Part shown: in pieces, positions 13,559-27,410 of the stretch
Layout of the letters: each line of letters begins with the position of its first letter
How positions within the stretch are numbered: position 1 is the stretch's first letter
Assembly (NCBI GenBank): GCA_051294905.1
Contig: CM119372.1
Span: 28,708,001 to 28,772,000, forward strand
Length of the DNA stretch: 64,000 nucleotides
Direction of reading: 5' to 3'
Source of the DNA: Botryllus schlosseri
Taxonomy: Eukaryota
Position numbers and translations under genes: made by a program
Notes under the pieces: model-generated
What the model was told of the DNA's origin: nothing
Seen by the model: only the letters and a program-made list of their open reading frames with translations
Database searches by the model: none

Positions 13559-14806
13559 CAGCACCGTAACTGCCGCACCCCAAACCCCCCAATTGGGGGG
13601 GGGCGAGCTCGACGGGGGCCCAAAATTATTTCGTGAATTAGCATAAATCATAGAGTATTTTTTGAAAATTTACGCAATTTTTTCAAATGACCGTTTGTCT
13701 TTATTATTGGGTATTGGGCCATTACCGCGCCAAGACCTACCAAGACATACAATCAAGTTTTGGGCCATATAACATGCGACTCCAAGAAGTGTGCCAGAAC
13801 GATCGGCAGCGAGAAAACCTTGGCCGAAAAGGTCTATGCCCTTATGCTGACCGAAGATTTCGTTATATATACAAACTACATATAGGTTTAATTGTCCATA
13901 GGCGCCTAAATGACTGTCGCCGAATGTTGCTGTCTTTGCAATCTGAACCTCACTAGACAAATACCATCCCGCGGGGAAAAATTTTATACCAGTGAAGAAA
14001 TACCAATTTGAAATCGTGTCCGTCTCTTAGTTTAGAAGCTCACGTTTGGGCGATTCTATATTTTTTGTTATAGCAGACTGAAAGTCACGAAATAACATTA
14101 TGTAACGAAGTCATATCAACGGGTCCGCCCGCCGAAGATGTTTAATTATTATTTACGGGCTCTCCCGCTTTCCAGACACTTCACTCGGCTCTACCGGTGA
14201 ATCTAATTACGTGAGTAGAGAGGACAATAAATTGATAGCATAATATATATGCAATCGCCGATCTGATTGACCGATTTTATCATAAATTATCGATAATTTT
14301 CGCGCCTCGCGCTGCCTCACAATACAGTACAGATGATGTCGTGACAAACGCGAACAACGTGATGGGGGGTCGTTTTACACCCTATGGGGGCCCAAGACCC
14401 ACGTTTTTGGGGCCTGACGAAGTACTGTTTCGTTCCTGCCAATGGGTATACGCCCGAAGATGTTTAATTATTATTGAGTCGTCCTACCTTTTCAAACACA
14501 CCTCACTCAGCTCTACCGGCAAATCTGATTACGTGAGCAGAGAGAAGATAAAAATTGATAACAATATATATGCAATTCCCGATCATACTGACCGATTCAA
14601 TCATGAATTCGAGAAATTTTGCGCGCTTAGGCGACAAAAGCTGATTCGCTAAACAAACTCCCAACAATATGATAAATAGCGGTAAACAGGGTATCGCTGG
14701 AGGGGGATCTGGGGGGCGAAGCCTCCCAGAAGTTCGGCCTATAACCCTATGCGGGGCCCAAGACCAAAGTTTTTGGGGGGCCTGACGAAGTGCTGTTACG
14801 GCCCTG
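13559..14806. mobile_element. Non-autonomous hAT-type element, left copy
   Basis: Imperfect TIR cagcaccgtaactgc...gctgttacggccctg with internal ~300-bp repeats. Homologous to 30567-31860. Confidence 0.85.
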
Positions 14807-15793
14807 GTTACAGTAGTACAACTGCGACACGCAGAGGAATTTATTTCAAACTAATTCGAAATTGCGTGCGCCAGACATGTTTTGTAGAGCTGAGTAGTGT
14901 AGAATTGTGCTGTGCGCGTTCTGTATGTCATACATGTCCGTAAAATCGTAGCATACTACTCTAATAATGATGATGAATTCCTTTTCATGGGTGAGGCTCG
15001 GGTCGCGAGATGCCACTAAAACTCAGATTTTGGTGGTAGTCTAAAAAGCTGATTTATCGTTATTAAACTGTTATGAGTTCTCAATTTAGATTAAGCTAAA
15101 AAGCAGATCACACAGTATCGTGAGTTTATTTGCTCTTCTCGTTTACTCGCGAGACAGAAAATAGGAGATCGAAAAAAAAACAGAACACAAGTCGGAGCAA
15201 CGTATCATAAGGTAGCAATCTCTATGATGTGCCTACTCTCCTTGATCGTTTTGGACCTTATTTTCCAAGACGTAAGGTAAAAGCCTCAACACAAACATGT
15301 GGGGTTTCACTGTTTCGACAAACTGGAACCTCTGGTACCTTTGTGTCAGCTCTCAAAAACGATTTCTGCCAGCAATCATTTTTCACTCGTGAAAAATACG
15401 CCGTATCTTGGATAGGAGTGCAGAACAGATTTCAAGATCTGGCCATCCAAGCAATTGTAGACATTCTTGTACAAAACCCAACAACTTGTTTCGCCGAGAA
15501 AGGTTTTAGTGAAATAGTTGAAATCAAAACGAGCGAAAAAGTTTCCTTTACAATGAGACACTTGATAGCTTGAGCTACATAGTAGCCAATTTGTTGCACA
15601 TCTGAACAAAATGTTGTTAAGTATCTTCATCATATTTCTGTATAACAAATTTAAGTTAGTTTGTGCGAATGATATTCATTATACAAAAAAGTGCGAATGG
15701 AACTCAAAAAGGTTCAAAAGCACTGCTTCAGACCACTAGTTTCGAATAAAGCAAATTACCACAAAGCGACTCTCAACTGCTTAGGTTCTAATG

Positions 15794-17158
15794 CAGACCT
15801 AGGCAAAGTGCTGCCCGCGAAGCTATTCTGTGCGGCCCGCGAAAGGTTATCTGGAATTCAAAACATAAAACTTGCTTTTTGAATGACTAAAACCATAGGC
15901 TGTATCCACTGAGCAGGAAATTCGATTACTTTGAAGCCTGTTCATTAATATGTCACGATTACGCTGCCTACGTACCTCACATGCGTATTCCAGATTAAAA
16001 ATAACGGCAATGTGGCAAAGTTTGAGTAGCAATTAAAGTCACAAGAAATCACTCTTTCCATATAGTTGAGTTTTAACCTTCTTTGTTGCCATTGTCACAT
16101 TTTGCATTATACGGTATGTGTTTCAAATTGCTACGTGATACGTTTCCAAGTCCCTAATTCGTAAAACAAGTCAAACAGTACTCGCCATTACTATATCACT
16201 CATTATATCTATCACCCAAAATAGATGTCAAAAAAAGAAAGCCTAAAACTGAAATTCAAAGAAGGTCCAGAGCACTAAATATTTGTATACTGGAGTCAGG
16301 GGAAAACCCGTCCTTTTAGTTTTTGGCGAGGATGTCGTCGAGATTAAGAATTTTAATTAATGTGGGTCTTATGACAAAAACACGAAGCACTTAGTAAAAG
16401 GAAGGCGAATTTCAGAAAAACAGCAAGCTTCGCTCAACATCAAGGCTATATAAGCTGCACACTGCTGGGAAGGCAGCGACCGAGACAATAAGTTTTTACT
16501 ATCGCATATACATTTCAGTGCAGTGGTTCTAGAAGTGGGGGGGGGGGCGGGAAAGCATCTGAAGGGGCGTGCGAAGCCGCAGTTTAATAATATTTTTTTC
16601 GCGCTCCGCGCGATTTACCACCGGTTTATACTTGTTGCTCTGTGTTTTGTCCGACTTTTATCTGTCAGAATTCTCTCATCAACAGCCATAACGTTCCATG
16701 CCAACCAACTATCCGTTGGGATTGCTAGCATTCACATCGCACTATTTAATATTTTGCGATATATCTTGATAAGGGGCGCGAAATATTTCACTATCATAAA
16801 GGGAGGCGTGCCTAAAAAAGTTTGAGAACAACAGTTTTAGAATCTTAATAGAAGAACGTGGTTAGGGGTTTAAAGAGAGTTAGAAATGTATCATGTTAAC
16901 ATTGTTTCGAATCATGACGGCTAATAAATATTTTTTTAATAACCGTCACTTTCTCTTTACCTAACATCAACACATTCATTAAGCATCATTTATTAACAAT
17001 GTAATTTAGAAATGAAATTACATCATCATCGGCAAGCACTTGGCTGAGAAATGAAATTAAAACACGCTGGAAAATTTAGCTAAATTTTTTCATTCGGCCC
17101 GCCAACGTATTTTTTACTTCTCATTTGGACCGCGGAGGAAAATAATTGTCCACCCCTG
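15794..17158. mobile_element. hAT (Charlie/MER-like) MITE
   Basis: Termini cagacctaggcaa...ttgtccacccctg, perfect TSD ttctaatg, ggcccgc subterminal motifs. Confidence 0.85.
16521..16834. mobile_element. CAGTGGTTCT-type MITE nested in 15794-17158
   Basis: cagtggttct...tttgagaacaacag. Homologous to 26169-26470 and to an inverted fragment near 21575-21660. No clear TSD. Confidence 0.65.
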
Positions 17159-17716
17159 TTCTAATGCAACACCGACAATGCCAGAATTGAAGTTGTCAAG
17201 GTTAATGGCTACAAAGATATGAGGGCCACAATTGATTTGATCATTTAATTGAACTTGACGAACATTACGTTTGGTCACTAATCCACGCCCTTACTATATG
17301 CTATGTAAAATCATTCTCATTTACCAGCAGGTACGAGTATAGAGTACGTAAATTGAATGTTAGGCTGAACGAAATTTTGACCAATGTTAGGGCACGGAAA
17401 TCATGTTGAAGGTATATATGCGTAGCAGAATTTTACTAGTAATTTGTGGAAAGCTAGGGGATAGAATCATTAGAAGTCGCGAAGAAGTTCAATCGGTATC
17501 ACTTTTCTTATCGCCGACCTCACTGCAATTGCAGCGACTTAAAAAGCCCAGAAAGTATAATGAGCTTAAAAGTTGCAGCAAAGATCCGATGAATGATGAA
17601 TGACTGATTCGTTGAAGAGGAAGTGTAAGAAAAGTCGCCATTGAAAATGCATTGAACTGTCGAAATTGCCGTTGTGGCATTGTCGTGGAGCGCAAAGCAT
17701 AATAAGGCTATATAAG

Positions 17717-18429
17717 CAGGGCATGGTATGGTATGGTATGGCATTGAACGAAATTTCGGTATGGAATATGGAAAAATGCAAGTATGGTATGGTATGGAGA
17801 TTTCCCATGGTATGTAATGCTTTTTCCATACTTCCATACTTTTTCCATACTTTGACAGTTTTGCCAGAATCATGACTTTGATCCTACTTTCGATTTGTCA
17901 AGTTGATTGCATACCTCAGAAAATCGCTCACTGTCTATGGTTCATATCTCGAATTGTGATTCATGACTCACCCACCCCGGACGATATTTATTTGAAGACA
18001 ACAAAGTTGCGCATCGCGCATATGAAGGAAAATAATATTAATAATAATTTTTCAATCTAAATATCATAAAAACGAATGATATTCGACCGCTGTCGTGTTA
18101 CAACTTGCATTTCGATTGTCGTGACTTCCACTCCGTAAACTACCAATGGAGTTGTAAAAACCGTAGACTCTGACAATGTAGAAGTTACACGAACATTTTG
18201 ATCAATTTGTTGAACTTGTAAATAATTTTCTGCGCTTTGGTACGATTATCATCACGCAATGTCCATTTGACATAACCGCATTGTAATTCAACGAAGATTA
18301 ACCGCATTGTAATTCAAAGAAGATTGCTAAGTATGGTATGAAAAATTGCCAAGTATGGTATGGAGCGATTGGGGTGGGTATGGAGTATGGAAAATTTCCA
18401 TTCCATTCCATACCATATACCATGCCCTG
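17717..18429. mobile_element. hAT-type MITE with (TATGG)n subterminal repeats
   Basis: TIR cagggcatggtat...ataccatgccctg, flanks tatataag/actataag (6/8). Confidence 0.8.
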
Positions 18430-20305
18430 ACTATAAGCACCACTGTCCTATACCTTATCAAAACCATACAATACAATCTGGTATCGCTGCGTTCATACAA
18501 ATCCCGGTGGATTTCCAGCGGATTTGATTGTCGCTATTGTTCATTTTCTGGAGAATGCAGTGCAACCTGTACTCACTCTCCAATGTATGCATTTAATATC
18601 CTGTAATCGAATACCGCTATGGAACATGAGTAGGGCATTGTGATGTGAGGCGTTTCATTTAGAACTGTGTTTTGTCTCATAGGATATGCTCTTACGAGTA
18701 TCTATATTCTTCGGTGTGTAATTTTTACAATGCGTCGTTCAGTGCATTCATAATAAATTGATTTCAATACAGAATACCTTCCGGATTAGTAAAGCTGTGG
18801 TATAGAATAAAATCTGTAACGGATATGATATGAATCGTGACTAATGTATCATGATAAACGAAATTGTGGCGTTTTCCATTCACAAGATTTTTTTTCAAAT
18901 CTTATAGGACGATTCCCATTAGGTTGTACAGTATCGTAGATGCGAGATCGCGGATGTCTTATTCAGAAATTATACGCTTACGGAGTACGCTTACGGCAAC
19001 CTGGAAGCCTTTGAGGAGCCCAAAATTTTCTCAGAGTCACAAGAACTAAAATCGACTACATTACACATCTAACTACAGTCTACACATACTATGGGTTACT
19101 GGTGGACAAAATGAACTGTGTATCAAGAGTGTTAAATGAACAAAACCCCTAAAGTAGATTTTCCCACTAAACGAAAACATTATAACGAACAGTTATTGAG
19201 AATCAGTGTAACTACCTAATCCTGATTATAAATATTGCACATAGAATCGGCATCTCGGAAAGACGGACTTTTGATTTCGAAGCCTAACCTTTCGTGAGTA
19301 TATGCCATTTAACACAGCGTATCATCACAACATTCCCAGGTCAACTATGGACCGCGCCTAATTGCCTGCAGCCAATGATGTACAAGCGAGGCGCGTTATC
19401 ACTTGTCATATGTATAGAGTTGCGTGTGTCTTAGCCTCCTCGGTTCCATGAGACTAGCTCAAGGAAAACTGTGAATTATTCTACAAGGAAATATAATATT
19501 ATTTTGATGTTTAACATTGGCTACCCCAATGGAGGTTCGACAATAACAATTAGAAATGCTTTTACACTCGGTGTTCTTCCTGGAAATAGCACTGCGGAGA
19601 CGACCACGGTGGAATAGCAACATTAGGGTCGGACTAAAATTAAGACCGACGTATATGCCACTGAGGCCGAATCAATGCACGCCTTTACACATTATGCGCA
19701 AAAACGAACAATGTAACCTACTTTATATTCCAGTGTCGTGGTAATTTTTCAGTAAAAATATCATTCTATCTGCCAAATAAATACATTACAATTCCGCCGT
19801 TGTCACAAAAACCACCATGCATTAATTTAGGCGCTGTGCACTAAAAGTCAGTTTATTGAAGCGTGTCCTACAGGTCCGAGTTTACCAATAAATTTGTACC
19901 AATTTATTGTCTTTATTCCATTCGAAGGATTGGAATAAGTCGTTACAAAGTATCATTGAGACGTGACGGTGGTGATTCATAAATTATTCGTCAAGTCAAT
20001 ATCTTATAAGAGAGAGGTTGTAAACTTCAGTCATCAATTTCGTTTGAACCGTGGTACAAAATTACATTATTGTGTCTCGAATATCTAGCTGAAAAGTTGG
20101 TTACGAGGGTTGAATAGGAATGATGTAATGCACTACATTACTTTCACTGTACGCGGCCATACGACCGTACCGGTACATCACGTGCTGCCATGTTAAGAGT
20201 CCCCCTGTTATATGCACTAGCTCAGATGGAATGCCTGTTGATCCATAGAGTAGTATCGTATGCACATTCTGACCAATGGTGCAGAACCCGATGTGCATCA
20301 TTCGG

Positions 20306-21014
20306 GTCACGAAATAACAAATAACATCGTGTAACGAAGTCGTACCAACGGGTCCGCCCGTCCGAATATGTTTAATTATTATTTTCGGGCCCTACAGTTT
20401 CCAAGACACATCACTCAGCTCTACCCGTAAATCTCATTACGTGAGCAGAGAGGACAAGTAACCATCTTATTGATCTATTTTATTTTGAATTTTCGAAAAT
20501 TTTCGCGCTCCGCGCTGGCTCACTAAACGGGGAGCCTGATTTCGTGGCAGAAGCGAACAACGGCACGGGGGGTCGGTTTATGACCCTATGGAAGCTCAAG
20601 ACCCAAGTGTTCTGGGGGGCCTGACGAAGTGCTGTTTCGTTCCTGCCACCGGGTATACGGCCGAAGATGTTTAATTATTATATTGAGCGGTCCTACCTTT
20701 TCAAAGACAACTCACTCGGCTCAACCGGTCAATCTGATTACGTGAGCAGAGAGAGGATAAAATTTGAAACCAATATATATGCAATTCTCGATTATATTGA
20801 CCGATTCAATCATGAATTCTATAAATTTTTCGCGCTTCGCGCGACTTGTCGAGAGAAGCTGCCTGAAACGGACACCGATTTAGATCATGAATTGCGGTGA
20901 ACAACCATCTAGCCTGAGGGGGTCTGGGGGCTTCGAAGTTCGGTTTATCACCCTATGGGGGGCCCAAGAGAAACGTTTTTTTTGGGGGGCTGACGAAGTG
21001 CTGTTACGGCCCTG
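20306..21014. mobile_element. 5'-truncated third copy of the 13559-14806 element
   Basis: Same internal repeats and same right end ctgacgaagtgctgttacggccctg. Confidence 0.8.
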
Positions 21015-23080
21015 AGTATTGATAACTAATTTACGGATAGATGTGCAACAAGTGACTCACGATTGAATACGCCGAGATGCGTACTGATAAGCCGACAGAA
21101 AGCAGCATAATTGGTAGTCCTATAGCTCGCGACCCAAGCGTCCGAATAATTTGATATGTCGGTGTTTATCGAAAGCAAGTGTCGCACTGATTCCTAAAAT
21201 ACGAATTGAAATCTCGCCAGAGCAATAAAACTACTCCGAAATAGCCAGCAAAGGTTGATTGTTCTGAACAACGGGAGCGCGGCAACACAATGGCCAATGG
21301 CGTCAATCGAATGATCGGAACAATTCCAATTTTCATATTTTGGTGACTATTTTGGGTTCCTTTCATTGCCCTGGTATTCGTGCGGCCCCGGTCGTACTCT
21401 GAAATTCTAAATTTGGCCCTGCCATCGAAAAAGGTTGGGAACCACTGGCATAGAGGCTTGTCGAAATTCTAGTTTCAGATAGTTTCATGGCATGGAAGGT
21501 TAAGACTGTTGATAAGAAAAATATGAAATTCGAACTATAGATAGAGTAACAAGTATATGATTAAGACGTAAATCACGCGCAGTGCGAAAAAAATTCGGTC
21601 GACCGCTGCTTCGCGCCCGCCTTCTGATGCTTCCACGCCCCCCCAGTTTGAGAACCACTGCGCCGGAGATTTCTTCGAATTTTTGAAATTATGTGCAAAA
21701 ATAATTCTAATCTATAGCAAACGCTCAATAATCTAAATCGGGCTCGATGTGAAGTTTGTACATTTGACAAATCAAAATTGCTCTCATGCCCGCAATCAAT
21801 ATCCCCCGCTATTCGCTTTACCCGACATATTGCGTGCCTTGCAGGCTAAATTCGGTTTTGCACAATACGTATATTGATCGCAGAGAAGAGCAGTGATGGA
21901 GATGCCTGTGTGACAATGCAGTTTTCAAATCCTCGTTGTCTTCCTAATCACAAGCGAGAAATGAACTCCTTAAGAAGTCATGTTCATGTTCACGTTTACA
22001 AGTTCAAATTACAAACATACTCATCCAGGCATCCACATTGCGATTGTTACGTATCGTGCCGGCACCGCCGGTAAAATGTAGGCTCGGGGCGCAACGTTAC
22101 GTTACAGGCGACGAATTTGAGAATTGAGAAGTAAAATTTATTAATTCATATCAGTTAACAAATTTCCCCGCCTGTTGAGGGTATTATCCCGGTTTGTTGG
22201 AACTATAATTGAAATGCGGGTGGCTCTACCAGTAGCGCTATTGAGGTATTACTATCCTCCCACGTGATATTACACGATATGCGTTGAAATGCTTTCGGCA
22301 TTCTAGTATACGCCTCTACGCCTCCGTATTTGTTAGTGGCGATCGTGATTGGCCTCTTTGACGCGACGGTTAATTACATCGACAATGTGGTTGTGTGCAG
22401 ACTTTAATGTCAAGCAAATCTTTGGAAATTAAGCGCAGCCCGAAGTTTAAACGAGATCGCAGCAGGCAAGTTATGTGGTAGCATGAGGTAATTGCTGAAA
22501 ATTCAAAACCTCACACGGAAGCGGAGAAAGTTCTTCATCCGGCCTGCACTAAAAGTTTGACAAAATGTCTGGGACCAAAGCTGAGGAAGAATTGAAAACG
22601 ATGATACCGGTCGTAGACGTATTTGTGACATGTCCGCAGAGATAAAAGATGCCCTCATTTCTTTGAAGCAGAGTAAAGCTTACTTGACTACTCCGAAAAG
22701 GTAGAAGTACTTCGATCAGAGACGATCTCTGTACGACTGTGGTTGCTGCAAAATATTCTGTTAGTTTGCCGGTGCTGTAGGCCAAAAAAAAGCTTAGAAC
22801 TACTGTGCTAGTGTGCCGCGAACTATTTTTCACTTTCAAAGGTCGCAACGAGGTGAAAAGGGTTAATAACCACTGTACCAAACTATACACGAAATTCACC
22901 TCGCGTGATAAGTAAAAGCAAATTGATCTGCGATAGATATGGGATCAAAAATATTTAGTAATATTTGATCCTGCTACAGCCTACTCTCGCGCAGCATTAA
23001 ACCCACAAATTTGAACCATGTATCTTCAGGAAACCAACATTGACAGACAAACTCTTACGCTAGAATTCATTTACCTAGAC

Positions 23081-23200
23081 CAGACCTGGGCAAAGTGTGG
23101 CCCGCGGGCCAAATGCGACCCGTGAAGCTATTCTGTGTTGCCCACCAACGTATTTTCTACTTCTCATTCGGCCCACCGAGGAAAATAATTGCCACCCCTG
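23081..23200. mobile_element. 120-bp hAT MITE, short relative of 15794-17158
   Basis: cagacctgggcaa...ttgccacccctg with perfect TSD acctagac. Confidence 0.88.
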
Positions 23201-24517
23201 ACCTAGACGAAGAAAAATAAACCTCATGGGCACCGTACGGATAACATACGGAATTTAGAGCTTGACGGCATCCGCAATATCTTACTTGAATATGTCGCTG
23301 CATCGAGAGAAAATACCGCAATTCAAATAAAAAAAAGTCAACAGAGCCTACCGAACGAACAACTAAAGACGTCTTTATCCATCTATCATGGATTCGTCCT
23401 ATTTCCACCTGCTTCCAAAAGCAATTGATTTCTGCGCTCAGTGAGTGTTACGACACAGTTAAAACTATCATGATATATTCTGTTTGCGCGAAAAATTATC
23501 GAGATGACAGGTTTCGCGTCGTCAGGAAAAGGAGAAGCCGTTCGCACTTTCATATGTATGACTTGAAGTCGGTTTTTATCAAAACACGCCAACATAGTTT
23601 GTGCCAACAGCAGTACTTCGTGTACCAAGTGAAAGTAGTACACTGAAGTAAAGCGATCACTTCATATTTCGAAATTTTATGCTTATGACGTCATATTGGG
23701 TGATACAGTTTTTGATAAATAATGTTCTTCCAATTATCTACTAGTTGCTAACAATTACCCCCGATGTGTGCCAGCCCAAAATACCCCGCTTTATTACAAT
23801 ATTAATATACTATTGAATTCCGTATTGTACAACGAAGTGTCTTGGTTACTTAGATACAACGCAATAATCGTTATCCGCCTACTGTTAAACAAGCTCCTAA
23901 AATCCGGTTGGCAAAATAATACAAAAGCCCTATTGTCTACTTCGTTTTCAATGTAATGACTAACATATGGAATCTAATGGTACATATTTCCTTAATATTA
24001 GAATATAAGGCGGCATCTTACAACGAATTTCACTCGTCTGTTTTATTCGACTGCTGTGTATGGTAAAAAATGTGCGCAGTAGCAATGTGTGTAATAGCAA
24101 TAGTTTGAATAAAGGTTTGGCTATGTGATACATAGCTGAACTGAGTATTCAATGATAACTCAATAATTTGTGGTAGACGTTCGTTTTATATTCTTTCAAT
24201 AATCTCAGAAGCTGTCGTTGTACTCAGTCACTCGGTTTGAAGTGGCATGCAGATATTTCTACTTATACTTCAAACTTGTCCAAATGCTAAATTCGTCATT
24301 AGTCGATGTTCATGTTCTTCAAGTTTATCGGTCATCAACATGGTTTACTGTCAGCATTTCTTATGGAGTGGACTATGCCGGTCCTATACATTTCACCTGC
24401 ACGGTGTACATACACGACAGTGTCAATTATCTCATTTATCCCTCTATCTCCAAGACAACTCCATTGTTTTATCACGCATACAGATAGGAGATTTGAATTT
24501 GAAAAATAACTGACGAT

Positions 24518-25731
24518 ATGAGGGGACTAGTACTTGCAACTTTTCTGGTGCTGGCTATGGTGACATCGAGCCATGCATGGTTTCATGTTCACTTTCATAT
24601 TGGGTAAGATTTATCAATATACATATCTTCTATCATAATTGATCTTTGGAAACGCCTCGCACATTGCTCCAAACGCCTATTCCATTCCATATAACAGATT
24701 TATGACATCATCAATATTGGTCGGTCGTTTAAATTCACTAATAAGCGACCCTCACGTTCCGACATAACCCATATGCGATTGCAAGATCGAGCGGAAGTTG
24801 AAAGCAAAATGAATAGGCGCTGTGTGACGCTTTATTTACTCCGTTTCGTTATAAGGCCGGAAAAGATTGACCTGACTCCCCGCACTTACGATCTTAATTC
24901 TTATTATGACACTATTACTTCAATCGAGTCGCAGTGATTCGTGACATTGGCAAAATACTTTTCCATTTTCCATAGGTGCTATTAATGTCCACTTAATTTA
25001 CTAGGGTTAATGTTTGCTTACTTTGCAGGGATGAAGCGGGAGAGCCTGGCGAACATGAAAAGCCGGAGGAGCACGAGGGTGAGAGGCATGAAGATGTTCA
25101 TTTTCACTGGCGTCCTGCGAGTAGGAGGTAAGATTCAACGATATATAAATATGTGAATTGTACCATTGTACAAAGATTGTATCGGTCGAAACATCTCGTA
25201 CATTACCTTAGATGCCTCATCTATTCCTCGCACCAGATATAGTCACCGTCAATATGATTTGGTATAGGTCACTGACGACCAACCGAGGGATCGTCGGCGC
25301 ATTCTGGTAAACCAGAAGTTGAAACTAAAATCAGAGGGAGCTCTGTGACATGTTATTTGCCTTGTTCTGTTATCAGACTGGAAGAGATTGTGCTACATCG
25401 TCTTAGAAACTCATAATTTTCATCATTGAGGCATTATCATATTAAAGGCACGCGAGTTTCGGGACATTGGCTTAATACTTTTGCGCATTCCAGATGTCAA
25501 TGTGTCCACCTAATTTACGAGGATCACTGTTTGCTTACTTTGTAGAGATGAAGAGGGAAAGCACGAGGAGCACGAACATGAGAGGCATGAAGATATTTCA
25601 GGTATTATTCCATATTGTTCCTAAAGATAATGCAAATCCATCATTTTCGCTATATCCTATTCACAGCCATGCTGAGGGATATCATCCAGCAACATCGTAA
25701 CGACGGGAATGCGGCAAACTCCTTTCAGTAG
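24518..25731 (+). CDS. Secreted His/Glu-rich peptide precursor, 101 aa; coding exons 24518-24603, 25029-25127, 25546-25601, 25667-25731
   Basis: GT-AG introns with compatible phases give MRGLVLATFLVLAMVTSSHA-WFHVHFHIG-DEAGEPGEHEKPEEHEGERHED-VHFHWRPASRR-DEEGKHEEHEHERHED-ISAMLRDIIQQHRNDGNAANSFQ*. The signal peptide is clear and ends S-H-A. An upstream acceptor is present at 24483. Confidence 0.8.
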
Positions 25732-25892
25732 GAAGAATGCAGTCTTGATTTAATATCTCAAACCGGCGCAATCATCGGATGTGATTAAGAATAGAAAAAA
25801 TACATCATGTAATTCAAAGCAACGTGATATATTTGCTTCGTACCTTCGGGTGTTCTATGAAGGACTGAAATATTTCTGAAATGGGTTATGAC

Positions 25893-25918
25893 AGAGAGAG
25901 AGAGAGAGAGAGAGAGAG
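25893..25918. repeat. (AG)n microsatellite
   Basis: Uninterrupted ag repeat. Confidence 0.95.
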
Positions 25919-26084
25919 AAAGTATTTATTTTTATCCAACCGAAATACCCAACAAACTGGCAGCAATAACAGTGGTACAGAAAATAGGCACGTACTGGAT
26001 ACGGTACTAAATAGGAATGGTCGATCCGACCTTTCATATAAACTATATAGTCTGATCCCACCCGCCTCAAACATGCCTCTACAC

Positions 26085-27163
26085 CAGGGGTGAGCAAACT
26101 ACGGCCCTACACCGTTCTGTGCGGCCCGCGAGAGTCTAAAGAAAGTTTTTTTAAATATTGATAAAATGCAGTGGTTCTCAAATTTGGAAGCGTAAAAGCA
26201 TCAGAAGTGGGCGCGAAGCTGAGCTCGAATGAAAAAAATGTTCGCGCTCCGCGCGATTTACCAACAATTTCATGATTCTTGCTCTGTATTTAGTTTGAAT
26301 TTCACATTTAAAAATCTCTCATCCATAGTCGTAACCTTCCATGCTATCAAACTATCCGTTAGGTTTGCTAGCAACCTTGTTGCGTTTTGTGATATGACGG
26401 TGAGGGGTCGCGAAATCTTTCATCATTATAAGGGGGAGGGGGCGTATCTTAATAAGTTTGAGAACCACTGTTGTAAGGTAAATACTTCCTATATTATTTT
26501 TGATGTTTAATTTCTGGCGTGACAGCTTGAACTCAAGGCCCACACAGTTTGAAAAGTTTCAACTGCTAAACATCACAGATATCCTAAACGAGATTGACAT
26601 AATTCGGATCACGAGTAGAATTTCAGATTGGCCACTCCAGTTTTATTTATTTTAGTGATGTGCTTATAAAAAACGATTCGCACGTATCTTAGGTAGATTC
26701 GTTCTCTGTATGCGTAGAATTGGGGCATTTATATTTTATCTACACATAGTAAAAGCGTGTTTGAAGCTACTATAGTTATGATTCTGTGAGCATTGTGTGT
26801 CCTGGAACTGAACCAAAAGAGAAATTAGTAAATCTATGAACAGATCGCTGCTCACAGATTTAAATTTCAATCCTGTTCTAAGAATCGGGACAACCGACTT
26901 TCATCTCTATAGTTTTGACAAATTGGTTATTGAGCTCGACCAGACTATGAAATCTCGCCACTCTCTTTCTGACGCGTGTACGATATCACCAAAGCAATGT
27001 TTGGTTTGTTTCAAATAAGCACATATATTATCTCCATGTCCTCACTATATAATCAAATACCAATATTGCGTTTTGGTTTATAGTCCCATTTTATATAGTG
27101 CGGCCCGCGAATGGATTCAGATGTTGAATGCGGCCCGCGAGCTTAAAAGTTTGCCCATCCCTG
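26085..27163. mobile_element. hAT MITE containing a nested CAGTGGTTCTC MITE (26169-26470)
   Basis: TIR caggggtgagcaaact...agtttgcccatccctg, perfect TSD ctctacac. Inner TIR cagtggttctcaaa...tttgagaaccactg. Confidence 0.88.
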
Positions 27164-27230
27164 CTCTACACAGACAATTTTGACCATCAGGTTGGAGTAC
27201 AGCAGTACAGGCTCGGATTCACATACAAGC

Positions 27231-27410
27231 AAGGCTGTAGAGTCGCTAGATTTTACTACCGACTCCAAAATCCGACTCCGACTCCAGGCGTTTTCATTAT
27301 ACCGAATCCAACTCCGACTCCACGTCCACACATATTCATATACCGACTCTGATTCCGGATCTGACTCCGACTAGTTTTTCAAGATAACTCCGACTCTGAC
27401 CCGACTCCAA
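27231..27410. repeat. (CCGACT)n-rich MITE end fragment
   Basis: Clustered ccgactcc motifs. No partner end was found. Confidence 0.55.
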
